From a virus (Duplodnaviria; Heunggongvirae; Uroviricota; Caudoviricetes), in IMG/VR virus record IMGVR_UViG_3300042908_000811, positions 1-64,000 of that record: a stretch of 64,000 nucleotides of DNA; one strand, given 5' to 3'. Every line of letters begins with the position of its first letter. Position 1 is the first letter of the stretch. Both the position numbers and the translations under genes were made by a program. Below are positions 48,763 to 56,479 of the stretch, in pieces. Under the pieces are notes generated by a model, which was not told the origin of the DNA, ran no database searches, and saw only the letters and a list, made by a program, of their open reading frames with translations.

Positions 48763-49040
48763 ATGCGATACACAAACGAAATTGTATACTTTTCATTTCT
48801 CTTAACAGTAACTGCATTTCTTTTCTTCGTATTACAATGAAATACTTTCTACTTCTAATCTCAATGGGAGCTTACTCTTATGTCTCAACGCAAGATTTCA
48901 ACGACCAATCCCGTAGCAAAGAATATGAGCAAGTTCAATCAATCGAAAGTGTATCGCGATAAGAAAAAGGATTATCAACGAAAGGAGAAGTATTCTTACT
49001 CCACCTCTATTGTTCAAGAATCTTACAAGTTTCCCGATAT

Positions 49041-49265
49041 ATGAAAATCTTAGAATGGGTGGCAACTCTGGTGACAATCATAGGAGCATTCCTCACTGCA
49101 TTTGATTATCACCCATTCAACCTCATATTCCTTAACCTTGGCAGTGTATTGTGGTTAACCTGGGCGATCCTGGATCATAAACTGTCTATTGCTCTAGTCA
49201 ATGGGGTAATGCTCCTCATCTACATAGCAGGAATGCTTCACCCTTTACTTCCTACTCTCCTGTAG
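49041..49265 (+). CDS. small integral membrane protein 74 aa
   Basis: ORF track; two hydrophobic helices. Confidence 0.5.
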   Translation: MKILEWVATLVTIIGAFLTAFDYHPFNLIFLNLGSVLWLTWAILDHKLSIALVNGVMLLIYIAGMLHPLLPTLL

Positions 49266-49304
49266 TATCCTATAGTTGTAGTCAAAACCAACTGGAGAAA
49301 CGAA
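49243..49304 (+). promoter_or_regulatory. promoter/leader cassette copy
   Basis: CCTTTACTTCCTACTCTCCTGTAGTATCCTATAGTTGTAGTCAAAACCAACTGGAGAAACGAAATG. Confidence 0.6.
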
Positions 49305-49502
49305 ATGACGAAAATGACGCTTGAGGATTATGTAAATTACATGGCAAATGCCGATAACATGTCAGATCTCGAAGCTCAACTTCCTGGCGACGATTTTCAT
49401 TCGCTGAAAAATGTGTATGCTCTTTGCGAAAAATTTTTAGACCATATGGATCGGTTGGATTATGCAGAAAAACACCCATGGGACTGGGACAAGGACGCTT
49501 GA
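49305..49502 (+). CDS. small protein 65 aa; near-identical inverted paralog of 6256-6444
   Basis: protein identity about 85 percent over 60 aa. Confidence 0.6.
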   Translation: MTKMTLEDYVNYMANADNMSDLEAQLPGDDFHSLKNVYALCEKFLDHMDRLDYAEKHPWDWDKDA

Positions 49503-49559
49503 CTTTTTCTGAGATTGTAGTATCCTATAGTTGTAGTCAAAACCAACTGGAGAACGAAA
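49498..49559 (+). promoter_or_regulatory. cassette copy with TTGACTTTTTCTGAG -35 (minus-block subtype)
   Basis: CTTGACTTTTTCTGAGATTGTAGTATCCTATAGTTGTAGTCAAAACCAACTGGAGAACGAAAATG. Confidence 0.6.
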
Positions 49560-49820
49560 ATGAACAAACAAGAAGTTCGTGAGTCCTTGTCTCAATCGCT
49601 TGAACAATTCCTTGCTGCTGGTGGTACAATCACCACTCTTCCAACAAAGAAAGTCAGAACCAAGAACACTGTGTCTTGTCGTTATCGTCGAGGGGTTGGC
49701 TCCAAGTCTGAACAATTCAAGGGTGCTGAACCACAACCTCTTCATTCCTGGTGCGTTTGGTCTCCCGATAGATTGAACAACGTCAACTATCGTCCAATGT
49801 ACTTCAGCAAGAAGCACTAA
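49560..49820 (+). CDS. small protein 86 aa; paralog of 42590-42790
   Basis: ORF track. Confidence 0.5.
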   Translation: MNKQEVRESLSQSLEQFLAAGGTITTLPTKKVRTKNTVSCRYRRGVGSKSEQFKGAEPQPLHSWCVWSPDRLNNVNYRPMYFSKKH

Positions 49821-49835
49821 TAAAGGAGAACAATC

Positions 49836-50159
49836 ATGGCTATCATCACTGTACACTTCGCTCCACTCTCAATGCGTCGCACTCTCTGCACCTCAGAGGC
49901 AGTAGAGAAGTTGGTCCAAGACACCTTTGGAGAATATACCTCACATGAACCATTCTACTCTCCATTGATTGGAGAGGAAGCAGCAGAGGATGTATTCGAC
50001 CTATCAAACAATCCGTCGCGAGAATTTGATCGCAAATTCGTCTTCAAAGACGCTCGCACAGTCAATGTTGGAGACGTCGTTGAGGTAGACTACATGGGTG
50101 TACCATCATTCTTCCTTTGTAAAGGAATTGGTTGGGCGAAGTTGGACTTTACTTCCTGA
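49836..50159 (+). CDS. hypothetical protein 107 aa
   Basis: ORF track; AGGAGAACAATCATG RBS. Confidence 0.5.
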   Translation: MAIITVHFAPLSMRRTLCTSEAVEKLVQDTFGEYTSHEPFYSPLIGEEAAEDVFDLSNNPSREFDRKFVFKDARTVNVGDVVEVDYMGVPSFFLCKGIGWAKLDFTS

Positions 50160-50208
50160 AGAGTTGCGGTATCCTATAGTTGTAGTCAAAACCAACCTGA
50201 GAACAACT
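50147..50208 (+). promoter_or_regulatory. cassette copy (SD variant ACCTGAGAA)
   Basis: GACTTTACTTCCTGAAGAGTTGCGGTATCCTATAGTTGTAGTCAAAACCAACCTGAGAACAACTATG. Confidence 0.55.
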
Positions 50209-50559
50209 ATGACCAAACAAGCCCTCAAAAGGCTCCTCAATAGCAACCTCGAAGTTAAGTTGTACAATGGTTGCTTCAACGTAGTCACTGCTAAAGCGGA
50301 ATTCTCCCGTTACTCTTGGGAACTCCGAGTCGAAGTGACCAATCAAGCACTTGCCTGGCAGTGTGGTGATAAGAGCGAAGTATCTCTTTGGTTGTGGCAA
50401 GGTAGCAGCGGCGTTCGAGTTGATCTTCCCGCAGAACTCAATGAACTTGTTGAGCAAATGAAGAAGGCTGGTCAAATGACTGATGAAGCTGCTCTCGAGC
50501 TATCTCGAAGCAACGCCAGACTCTTTGAAGAAGCAATGACCGAACTTGGTATGCGCTAA
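50209..50559 (+). CDS. hypothetical protein 116 aa
   Basis: within track ORF 50098-50559. Confidence 0.5.
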   Translation: MTKQALKRLLNSNLEVKLYNGCFNVVTAKAEFSRYSWELRVEVTNQALAWQCGDKSEVSLWLWQGSSGVRVDLPAELNELVEQMKKAGQMTDEAALELSRSNARLFEEAMTELGMR

Positions 50560-50622
50560 TTTACTTCCTGACGAATTGCGGTATCCTAGAGTTGTAGTCA
50601 AAACAAAAATGTAGAGGCGGAA
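50559..50622 (+). promoter_or_regulatory. cassette copy (variant leader)
   Basis: AATTTACTTCCTGACGAATTGCGGTATCCTAGAGTTGTAGTCAAAACAAAAATGTAGAGGCGGAAATG. Confidence 0.5.
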
Positions 50623-50892
50623 ATGTTAGACGAAACTTATATAGAAGCAATCAAAACCGTTAGCAAACCAGATTTTTCTGTCAGCATAGATCATAAGTTC
50701 TCCTATGACCTTGACAAGGACATAGGAGAACTACTGTGGACAATTATCGCAGATAACACTGATGAATTTAGCCTTGTCGCATTCCCAACCAAGGAGGAAG
50801 CTCTCGCATTCTGCGAAGAATGTGGTTGGAAGATTACCAGTGTGTCTCAGGATCGCACCCATTACTATCAGGAATGGTTTTTTGGAAAATGA
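50623..50892 (+). CDS. hypothetical protein 89 aa
   Basis: ORF track. Confidence 0.5.
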   Translation: MLDETYIEAIKTVSKPDFSVSIDHKFSYDLDKDIGELLWTIIADNTDEFSLVAFPTKEEALAFCEECGWKITSVSQDRTHYYQEWFFGK

Positions 50893-50904
50893 AAAAGCCG
50901 CTGA

Positions 50905-50966
50905 CTTTACTTCCTTCCAGATTGTAGTATCCTATAGTTGTAGTCAAAACCAACTCGAGAATGAAA
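50905..50966 (+). promoter_or_regulatory. promoter/leader cassette copy
   Basis: GACTTTACTTCCTTCCAGATTGTAGTATCCTATAGTTGTAGTCAAAACCAACTCGAGAATGAAAATG. Confidence 0.6.
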
Positions 50967-51143
50967 ATGACTTATGAAGTATATACTTGGAAGCTATCAG
51001 CGGATACTGATCCGGTATTAGTAGAACGGAAGAAGTTTACCAAATTTTTTGATGCTTGTGATTATCGGGAGTTGATGGAAGAAAAAGGGTATGAATGTCA
51101 TTTGTTCGATAATGAATCATTGAAAAATCTATATAAGAAGTAA
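50967..51143 (+). CDS. small protein about 58 aa
   Basis: track ORF 50961; second ATG fits cassette spacing. Confidence 0.45.
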   Translation: MTYEVYTWKLSADTDPVLVERKKFTKFFDACDYRELMEEKGYECHLFDNESLKNLYKK

Positions 51144-51148
51144 ATATT

Positions 51149-51304
51149 ATGAAAGTTTATGCTGTCTTCTACGTTGAATACATCGAACCCACAATGGATT
51201 GTTTCAATCACCTCGAGAAAATCTTTGATTCTGAAACAAAGGCAAAAGAGTATGTGGAACGCAAAGGTGGTGACTACATAATGAAAGAAATCACTGTAGA
51301 ATAG
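51149..51304 (+). CDS. MKVY-family small protein 51 aa (copy 1 of 4 in tandem)
   Basis: MKVYAVFYVEYIEPTMDCFNHLEKIFDSETKAKEYVERKGG; manual ORF. Confidence 0.45.
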   Translation: MKVYAVFYVEYIEPTMDCFNHLEKIFDSETKAKEYVERKGGDYIMKEITVE

Positions 51305-51314
51305 GAAAACAAAA

Positions 51315-51476
51315 ATGAAAGTCTTCATCGTAACAAAACAAGGATATGAAGAAACATTACTCCTTGGAGTATTTGCAACAAAAGAATTAGCACAAGAACA
51401 TATTGATTGGTGCTGCGAAGTATTTGATCACAAATCCCACTATGATATCGTTGAAGAAACTGTAATAGGAATATAA
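51315..51476 (+). CDS. MKVY-family small protein 53 aa (copy 2)
   Basis: MKVFIVTKQGYEETLLLGVFATKELAQEHI... Confidence 0.45.
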   Translation: MKVFIVTKQGYEETLLLGVFATKELAQEHIDWCCEVFDHKSHYDIVEETVIGI

Positions 51477-51649
51477 TGAAACAGAAATTTGTTGTTAATT
51501 GTTTCTACCGCGAATGCTTTGGTCCGCATACTGTATTCGAATTTGACACTATGGAAGAAGCCCTTGAATGCGAGATGCAGGAGGATCGCTCGACGAATAA
51601 CTGGGATAGCGTCCAACTTGATGTTGTTGACGTAGAATGCGGAGACTAA
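51476..51649 (+). CDS. small Cys-containing acidic protein 57 aa
   Basis: manual ORF, TAATG coupling. Confidence 0.4.
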   Translation: MKQKFVVNCFYRECFGPHTVFEFDTMEEALECEMQEDRSTNNWDSVQLDVVDVECGD

Positions 51650-51650
51650 A

Positions 51651-51854
51651 ATGAAAGTTTATCTGGTAAAGTATTTCGAAAGCGGTGAACCCGAAATTAT
51701 GGGTGTATATGCTTCAAAAGAATTAGCAGAAACCTATATTGATTTTCGTATGAATGATATGTTATTCTGGAAATCATTTGAAGAAAGGGAAGCAGAGAAA
51801 AAGTTTTTACGTCCTGATTTTTCAATCACTGAAATGGAATTGATATCAGAGTAA
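51651..51854 (+). CDS. MKVY-family small protein 67 aa (copy 3)
   Basis: MKVYLVKYFESGEPEIMGVYASKELAETYIDF... Confidence 0.5.
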   Translation: MKVYLVKYFESGEPEIMGVYASKELAETYIDFRMNDMLFWKSFEEREAEKKFLRPDFSITEMELISE

Positions 51855-51897
51855 CAGTTGAGGAGGAACTGAAATGAAATTCACTAATCTATAGAGA

Positions 51898-52308
51898 ATG
51901 AAAATGGCAGAAGTAACAAGAAATCGGTTAGGCAACGTAACCAACCCATATCAAGGTGACTTCAAGAAAGTCCTTTGTGTATGCAGTGCTGGGCTACTCA
52001 GATCACCAACGGCAGCTTGGGTATTATCGCGTGACCCTTGGAACTTCAATACCAGAGCAGTGGGTTACAGCGAAGAATATGCGTTGGTGGTTCTTGATGC
52101 TGTACAACTTGCTTGGGCAGATGAGGTAGTTGTGTTTGACAAAAGTCACCATAAAGCAGTCAAAAGATTACTTGAAGAGCATGGGTGGGAAAAGCCAGTT
52201 CACAACTTAAACGTACCCGATGAGTTCAGTTACCGTGAACAACCACTGGTAGATATGCTAACCGAGCGATTCAAGGAGCTTTATCCACCGAACAAACTAT
52301 CACAATGA
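51898..52308 (+). CDS. low-molecular-weight protein-tyrosine phosphatase / ArsC-like (CxxxxxR P-loop)
   Basis: KVLCVCSAGLLRSP matches the LMW-PTP V-C-x-G-x-x-x-R-S-P signature; the start may instead be the second ATG at 51904. Confidence 0.55.
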   Translation: MKMAEVTRNRLGNVTNPYQGDFKKVLCVCSAGLLRSPTAAWVLSRDPWNFNTRAVGYSEEYALVVLDAVQLAWADEVVVFDKSHHKAVKRLLEEHGWEKPVHNLNVPDEFSYREQPLVDMLTERFKELYPPNKLSQ

Positions 52309-52496
52309 TGTACCTTCTACTCCAAGAAACAACCAAATGGGACTTTCCAAGTAACATATACGTCGTAACCGAAAACAAACAACGCTGCGTTGGTTACTTC
52401 AAAAATGGATACGACATACCAGATATGTTCAAAAAACCAGTGTCGTTTGATACCAGATATAGAACGTTCAAAACTCTAGGGAAAATAGAAGGGTAA
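52305..52496 (+). CDS. small protein 63 aa
   Basis: ORF track. Confidence 0.45.
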   Translation: MMYLLLQETTKWDFPSNIYVVTENKQRCVGYFKNGYDIPDMFKKPVSFDTRYRTFKTLGKIEG

Positions 52497-52610
52497 TGGC
52501 TGAATGATGTATGTTGTAAGGTGGTAATGCACCCCCCCACCCCCTTTCGTAGATTGCTTAGCAAATTTCTCCAAAGAGATCTTCTTGTGCGGGTTCCCAT
52601 ATGCCAACTA

Positions 52611-52700
52611 GCTGCGAGATAGATTAACGAAGATATTTGAGTTGCGAGATAGATTAACGAAGATATTTGAGTTGCGAGATAGATTAACGAAGATATTTGG
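52611..52700. repeat. 3 tandem copies of a 30-bp unit GTTGCGAGATAGATTAACGAAGATATTTGA (iteron-like)
   Basis: read directly. Confidence 0.8.
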
Positions 52701-52837
52701 ACACCCCCCTTTTTACAGTGATTGAAAATTATTCATCAATCGCAAAAATTTTTTCGCGAGGAGAAATACACGAAAAACCTTTGATTTTTCTATCGGAAGT
52801 CAAAGACTTCCTATTGCGAAAAGGGTTGATACATTTT

Positions 52838-53040
52838 AGAGATTTCTTTGAGAATCTTTTGGAGAATCTTTTGGAGAATCTTTTGGAGAATCTTTTGGAG
52901 AATCTTTTGGAGAATCTTTTAGAGATTTCTTTGAGAATCTTTTGGAGATTTCTTTGAGAATCTTTTAGAGAATCTTTTAGAGATTTCTTGGAGAATCTTT
53001 TGGAGAATCTTTTAGAGATTTCTTTGAGAATCTTTTGGAA
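52838..53040. repeat. about 17 tandem 12-bp units GAGAATCTTTTG / GAGATTTCTTTG
   Basis: read directly; the ORF-track product ENLLENLL... is just this repeat translated. Confidence 0.8.
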
Positions 53041-53287
53041 TAGGTTTATATGCGAGAGCCGAGAACCGCGAGATCTTAAAGAGAAAAAGAATTAAAAATA
53101 TTTTAAGAAAATCAGAAAATTGGTATAAATTTTATATAAATAGGGTTATGAATAAATTACTCACATCATTTATACCCCGTTTAGTGTCATTAGAATGGCA
53201 TATGGATTATTGCGCGAAAAATATTGATCGCAATCAATCCAGGGAAAGAGGGTTTTTTGATTAGTTTGTAGTTTAACAAAAGAATTC

Positions 53288-53321
53288 AAAAAACCCGGAA
53301 TCGAAAGAAACCGGGTTTTTT
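53288..53321. terminator. bidirectional rho-independent terminator
   Basis: AAAAAACCCGGAATCGAAAGAAACCGGGTTTTTT. Confidence 0.65.
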
Positions 53322-53354
53322 ATTGGGGGTGAAAAACTTCCTATTGGGAAAGGC

Positions 53355-53383
53355 TTTACTTTCCTAGACTATGAGGTAGAATA
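53355..53383 (+). promoter_or_regulatory. promoter TTTACT-17-TAGAAT at the head of the tRNA cluster
   Basis: GGCTTTACTTTCCTAGACTATGAGGTAGAATATC. Confidence 0.55.
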
Positions 53384-53420
53384 TCTTATAGTTCGCTCTT
53401 TAACAAAAAGGATAAATTGA

Positions 53421-53495
53421 TTCGGGATCGTCTAATTGGTAGGACACCAGCCTTTGAAGTTGTGAATCGTGGTTCGAGTCCACGTCCCGAAACCA
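53421..53495 (+). tRNA. tRNA-Gln (anticodon TTG; one mismatch in anticodon stem)
   Basis: acceptor TTCGGGA/TCCCGAA, T-arm CGTGGTTCGAGTCCACG, CCA encoded; manual fold. Confidence 0.5.
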
Positions 53496-53503
53496 AATTT
53501 TAT

Positions 53504-53578
53504 GGTGGTTATGATGTAATGGTAGCACCCCTCTCTGTGAAAGAGGAAGCACGGGGTCAGAACCCGTTGCTCACCCCA
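53504..53578 (+). tRNA. tRNA-His (anticodon GTG) with extra G(-1) opposite discriminator C
   Basis: CCTCT-CTGTGAA-AGAGG anticodon arm; CCA encoded; weak D-stem. Confidence 0.5.
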
Positions 53579-53580
53579 AA

Positions 53581-53656
53581 GCATCTGTGACAGTGATGGT
53601 TCATGTACCGGACTGAAAATCCGAGGATGTTGGTTCGATTCCAACCGGATGCACCA
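53581..53656 (+). tRNA. tRNA-Phe (anticodon GAA)
   Basis: acceptor GCATCTG/CGGATGC, loop CTGAAAA, T-arm GTTGGTTCGATTCCAAC, CCA. Confidence 0.65.
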
Positions 53657-53768
53657 ATTTAGGTCTAACCGAAAGGCGACCTTTGATACATAACCTTGTT
53701 GGCATTATGCCTAAGCAATAACAAGTGTCCTAAAACGACCGGCGAGCGTTCACTGTATCAAGAATTTT

Positions 53769-53843
53769 AGTCGGGTAACTCAGAGGCAGAGTGACGCATT
53801 TACACTGCGTAAGTCGAGATATCGTAATTCTCCCCGACTACCA
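53769..53843 (+). tRNA. tRNA-Val (anticodon TAC)
   Basis: acceptor AGTCGGG/CCCGACT, D ACTC/GAGT, ACGCA-TTTACAC-TGCGT, CCA. Confidence 0.65.
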
Positions 53844-54060
53844 TTTATGCCCCTGTAGTGTAATGAATAGCACGCAATGCTACGGACATTGTAGAGAGGG
53901 TTTGAATCCTTCTGGGGGTGCATATTTTATGGAGGGTTATCTAGCCGGGGATGCTAGCACTGCCTTGAAAGCAGTTGGAACCGAAAGGTCAGGGGATCAA
54001 TACCACCAACCCTCCGCAGTTTTAATTCCTTATAAATATTTCCTTTATGAGGAGTCATAT

Positions 54061-54762
54061 ATGTTTAAACCAACTTATCTTTATGTTAAGACCCATAATA
54101 AAACAGGGTTGAAGTATTTTGGAAAAACCGTTTCGAAAGATCCGCAAAAATATCAAGGTTCTGGAAGTTATTGGAAAAAACATATTAAAAAACACGGTTA
54201 CGATGTAACTACGGAAATAATTGGGCTCTTTAATGATGAAAAAGAATGTAAAAAAGTTTCTACGAAGTTTAGTTCAGAAAACGATATTGTTAAATCTAAA
54301 AAATGGGCAAATCTAAAAGAAGAAACATTAGATGGCGGTTGGGACCATATAGGTAAAGATCATTTTACGCATCAATATCCGCATTTAAAAGATATGAATT
54401 CAAAACTTTTAGAAAAAAGAAAAAGCGATGAAAATTTTGATGCGGAATATAAAAAAGCAATATCAAGAGGGATAAACAATAAATCTGAAGAAGAAAGACG
54501 AGATTGGAATAAAAAAATATACGAGAGTAAAGTAAAGAATAATTCTTTTAGTGCAGATCATCTACAATCGCAAGAAGTTATACAAAAACGAAATACAACA
54601 TTTAAATTGATTGGACACCAAAAGGGCGAAAAAAATTCTCAATATGGAACTTGTTGGGTTTGGTGTGAAAAAGAAGGTAATAAAAAAATAAAGAAAGAAT
54701 TATTACAAGAATACTTGAATAAAGGTTGGGAAAAGAAATATATTCCAGGATATAACAAATAG
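54061..54762 (+). CDS. GIY-YIG homing endonuclease (Seg-like) inside the tRNA cluster
   Basis: MFKPTYLYVKTHNKTGLKYFGKT...YQGSGSYWKKH; GAGGAG RBS; track ORF 53791 starts upstream across tRNA-Val. Confidence 0.6.
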   Translation: MFKPTYLYVKTHNKTGLKYFGKTVSKDPQKYQGSGSYWKKHIKKHGYDVTTEIIGLFNDEKECKKVSTKFSSENDIVKSKKWANLKEETLDGGWDHIGKDHFTHQYPHLKDMNSKLLEKRKSDENFDAEYKKAISRGINNKSEEERRDWNKKIYESKVKNNSFSADHLQSQEVIQKRNTTFKLIGHQKGEKNSQYGTCWVWCEKEGNKKIKKELLQEYLNKGWEKKYIPGYNK

Positions 54763-54847
54763 AAGATAATATCAGATGGTTCTGATACCTGCTTGGAAAG
54801 CAGTGTGATCCGAAAGGGTTGCAGTTCAATTCTGCTGTCTTCTGCCA
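54761..54847 (+). tRNA. tRNA-Ser (anticodon GGA), long variable arm
   Basis: acceptor AGAAGAT/GTCTTCT, loop TTGGAAA, variable arm GTGATCCGAAAGGGTTGC, CCA. Confidence 0.6.
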
Positions 54848-54893
54848 AATTTATATTTAAATAAATAAATATTTATTTTTACGGAACAAATAA

Positions 54894-55130
54894 ATGAAAA
54901 CGTATAAAGAGTTTATAGAAAATATTTTTGAATCCAAAAATAGTATTCCAGTTGATAAAGGAGTTCTCCACACTAGAGATAGTTTATCTAATAAAGTACA
55001 AAAATTTGCCCCGGAAACCACCGACGATGAAAAATGGAACAAAGTTAAAGCAATAGAACATTTGAGAAAAGGGAATATGTTAACAGCAAAATATTATTTA
55101 CATAAAATTGGAATCAAAGATAAAATTTGA
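54894..55130 (+). CDS. hypothetical protein 78 aa
   Basis: ORF track. Confidence 0.45.
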   Translation: MKTYKEFIENIFESKNSIPVDKGVLHTRDSLSNKVQKFAPETTDDEKWNKVKAIEHLRKGNMLTAKYYLHKIGIKDKI

Positions 55131-55160
55131 CTTTACTTTTTGTAAAAACGTAGTAAGATA
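55127..55160 (+). promoter_or_regulatory. promoter TTGACT..TAAGAT inside the tRNA cluster
   Basis: TTGACTTTACTTTTTGTAAAAACGTAGTAAGATATAAAAATAGTC. Confidence 0.5.
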
Positions 55161-55174
55161 TAAAAATAGTCAAT

Positions 55175-55260
55175 GGAAAGTGAACCAGTCGGGGTGCTGG
55201 GACTACCTGCTAAGTAGATCGTACCTGCCAAGGTATTTGGATCGAGACCAACGCTTTCCG
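55175..55260 (+). tRNA. tRNA-Ser (anticodon GCT), long variable arm, no encoded CCA
   Basis: acceptor GGAAAGT/GCTTTCC, D CCAG/CTGG, loop CTGCTAA, variable arm TACC-TGCCAA-GGTA. Confidence 0.55.
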
Positions 55261-55269
55261 AAATTTAAC

Positions 55270-55352
55270 AGCGATGTGGTGGAATGCATACACGTTAGTC
55301 TTAGAAACTAATGCCTTCGGGATTGAGAGTTCAAGTCTCTCCATCGCTACCA
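55270..55352 (+). tRNA. tRNA-Leu (anticodon TAG), long variable arm
   Basis: TTAGT-CTTAGAA-ACTAA, T-arm GAGAGTTCAAGTCTCTC, CCA. Confidence 0.65.
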
Positions 55353-55359
55353 ATTTATT

Positions 55360-55431
55360 GCTCCTATAGTAGAAATGGTAGAACACATTCTTGGTAAGAA
55401 TGAGGCGCAGGATCGTAACCTGCTAGGAGCT
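55360..55431 (+). tRNA. tRNA-Thr (anticodon GGT), no encoded CCA
   Basis: acceptor GCTCCTA/TAGGAGC, CATTC-TTGGTAA-GAATG. Confidence 0.6.
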
Positions 55432-55442
55432 AAAAATTTAAT

Positions 55443-55516
55443 GTGCGCGTGACCGAATGATTAGGTAGTTGGCTGCAACCCTTCTTATGCAGGTTTGAGT
55501 CCTGTCGCGCACTCCA
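55443..55516 (+). tRNA. tRNA, anticodon uncertain (possibly Cys GCA), irregular anticodon stem
   Basis: acceptor GTGCGCG/CGCGCAC, T-arm GCAGGTTTGAGTCCTGT, CCA. Confidence 0.45.
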
Positions 55517-55522
55517 AGTTAT

Positions 55523-55600
55523 CTGGATGTAGCTCAGTTTGGTCAGAGTTCTCGGTTTGGAACCGAGTTGTCGCAGGTTCGAATCCTGCCATCCAGACCA
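55523..55600 (+). tRNA. tRNA-Pro (anticodon TGG)
   Basis: GCTCAGTTTGGTCAGAGT D-arm, CTCGG-TTTGGAA-CCGAG, GCAGGTTCGAATCCTGC, CCA. Confidence 0.7.
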
Positions 55601-55816
55601 ATTTTAAATCTGAAGAAGATAGCACAACCGATAGACCTTGAAGGTTAGTGTATAAGCAGTGGGTGGGGTCAATAAATACCACCTTGATCGTGGTTCTCGT
55701 ATGAGATAGGATAAAATCCTCTGGCGACGATCCTCAAAAAAGTGCTTTACTTTTTAAATTAAGTAAGTATAATAGTTCTATAGTTTGGAACTGCTCTTTA
55801 AAAAGTTGAAAAATAA

Positions 55817-55901
55817 TGGTTGCGTGGTGGAACTGGTATACACAAGTGCCTTAAGAGCATTTGCCTTCGGGATTGAGAGTTCGAGTCTCTCCGCAACTAC
55901 C
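55817..55901 (+). tRNA. tRNA-Leu (anticodon TAA), long variable arm
   Basis: AGTGC-CTTAAGA-GCATT, variable TGCCTTCGGGATTGA, CCA. Confidence 0.6.
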
Positions 55902-55909
55902 AATTTTAA

Positions 55910-55985
55910 TGCACCGTTCGTCTAGTGGTTTAGGATTCCAGATTTTCACTCTGGGGAGAAGGTTTCGAATACCTTACGGTGTACC
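55910..55985 (+). tRNA. tRNA-Glu (anticodon TTC)
   Basis: CCAGA-TTTTCAC-TCTGG, T-arm AAGGTTTCGAATACCTT, CCA. Confidence 0.65.
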
Positions 55986-55991
55986 AATTTA

Positions 55992-56067
55992 TAGCGGGAT
56001 AGTTCAGAGGTAGAATGCGAGTCTCATAAGCTCGTGGTCGGTGCGTTCGAATCCACCTCCCGCTACC
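55992..56067 (+). tRNA. tRNA with anticodon CAT (Met or Ile-lysidine), copy 1
   Basis: acceptor AGCGGGA/TCCCGCT, CGAGT-CTCATAA-GCTCG, CCA. Confidence 0.55.
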
Positions 56068-56197
56068 AAACATAATGATAGGAAATATCATTTGACTGAT
56101 GGAAAGACATCTAGGTGTTACCCCGAAATTGGTAAACAATGTGTTGAACCGAGCATTGCTCCTACTTGTATAAGTATCGGTTCAATTATATAAAAAC

Positions 56198-56276
56198 GCA
56201 TTTTGCGACTGATCATCGAGTAGTTTGGATAACAGTCTGTATTACGGACGAGTTGGTTCGATTCCAATTAAATGCG
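56198..56276 (+). tRNA. tRNA-like element: good acceptor and T-arm (GTTGGTTCGATTCCAAT), body not resolved
   Basis: GCATTTT...TAAATGC acceptor pairing; internal 8-bp hairpin GACTGATC/GATAACAGTC. Confidence 0.3.
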
Positions 56277-56284
56277 TTTCTATA

Positions 56285-56375
56285 TAATGAGATAAGACGA
56301 CTAATAAGCATTTTAGCACGTGGTTCTCCATTGTGAAGTGGATAAAGGATACAATCTAGGATTGTTATCTCATTA
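56285..56375 (+). ncRNA. structured RNA candidate 1: 11-bp closing stem TAATGAGATAA/TTATCTCATTA around an approx 70-nt interior
   Basis: read directly; no ORF; inside tRNA operon. Confidence 0.35.
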
Positions 56376-56383
56376 TACGATTT

Positions 56384-56479
56384 ATAAGATAGGATATTCA
56401 ACGGGACCGTAACTCCCGGTTATCTGACAATAGCGAGTATCTTGTGTCAGCAAGTTTAGGATTGAATGTTCTATCTTAT
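56384..56479 (+). ncRNA. structured RNA candidate 2: nested stems ATAAGATAG/CTATCTTAT, ATTCAA/TTGAAT, CGGGA/TCCCG, CTGACA/TGTCAG
   Basis: read directly; no ORF. Confidence 0.35.

Noticed and set aside
52697-52957. ORF translating to ...ENLLENLLENLL...
   Set aside because: It is simply the 12-bp tandem DNA repeat read in frame; no start context, and it lies in a non-coding repeat region.
52838-53040. Possible CRISPR array
   Set aside because: Tandem 12-bp units with no intervening unique spacers; not CRISPR architecture.
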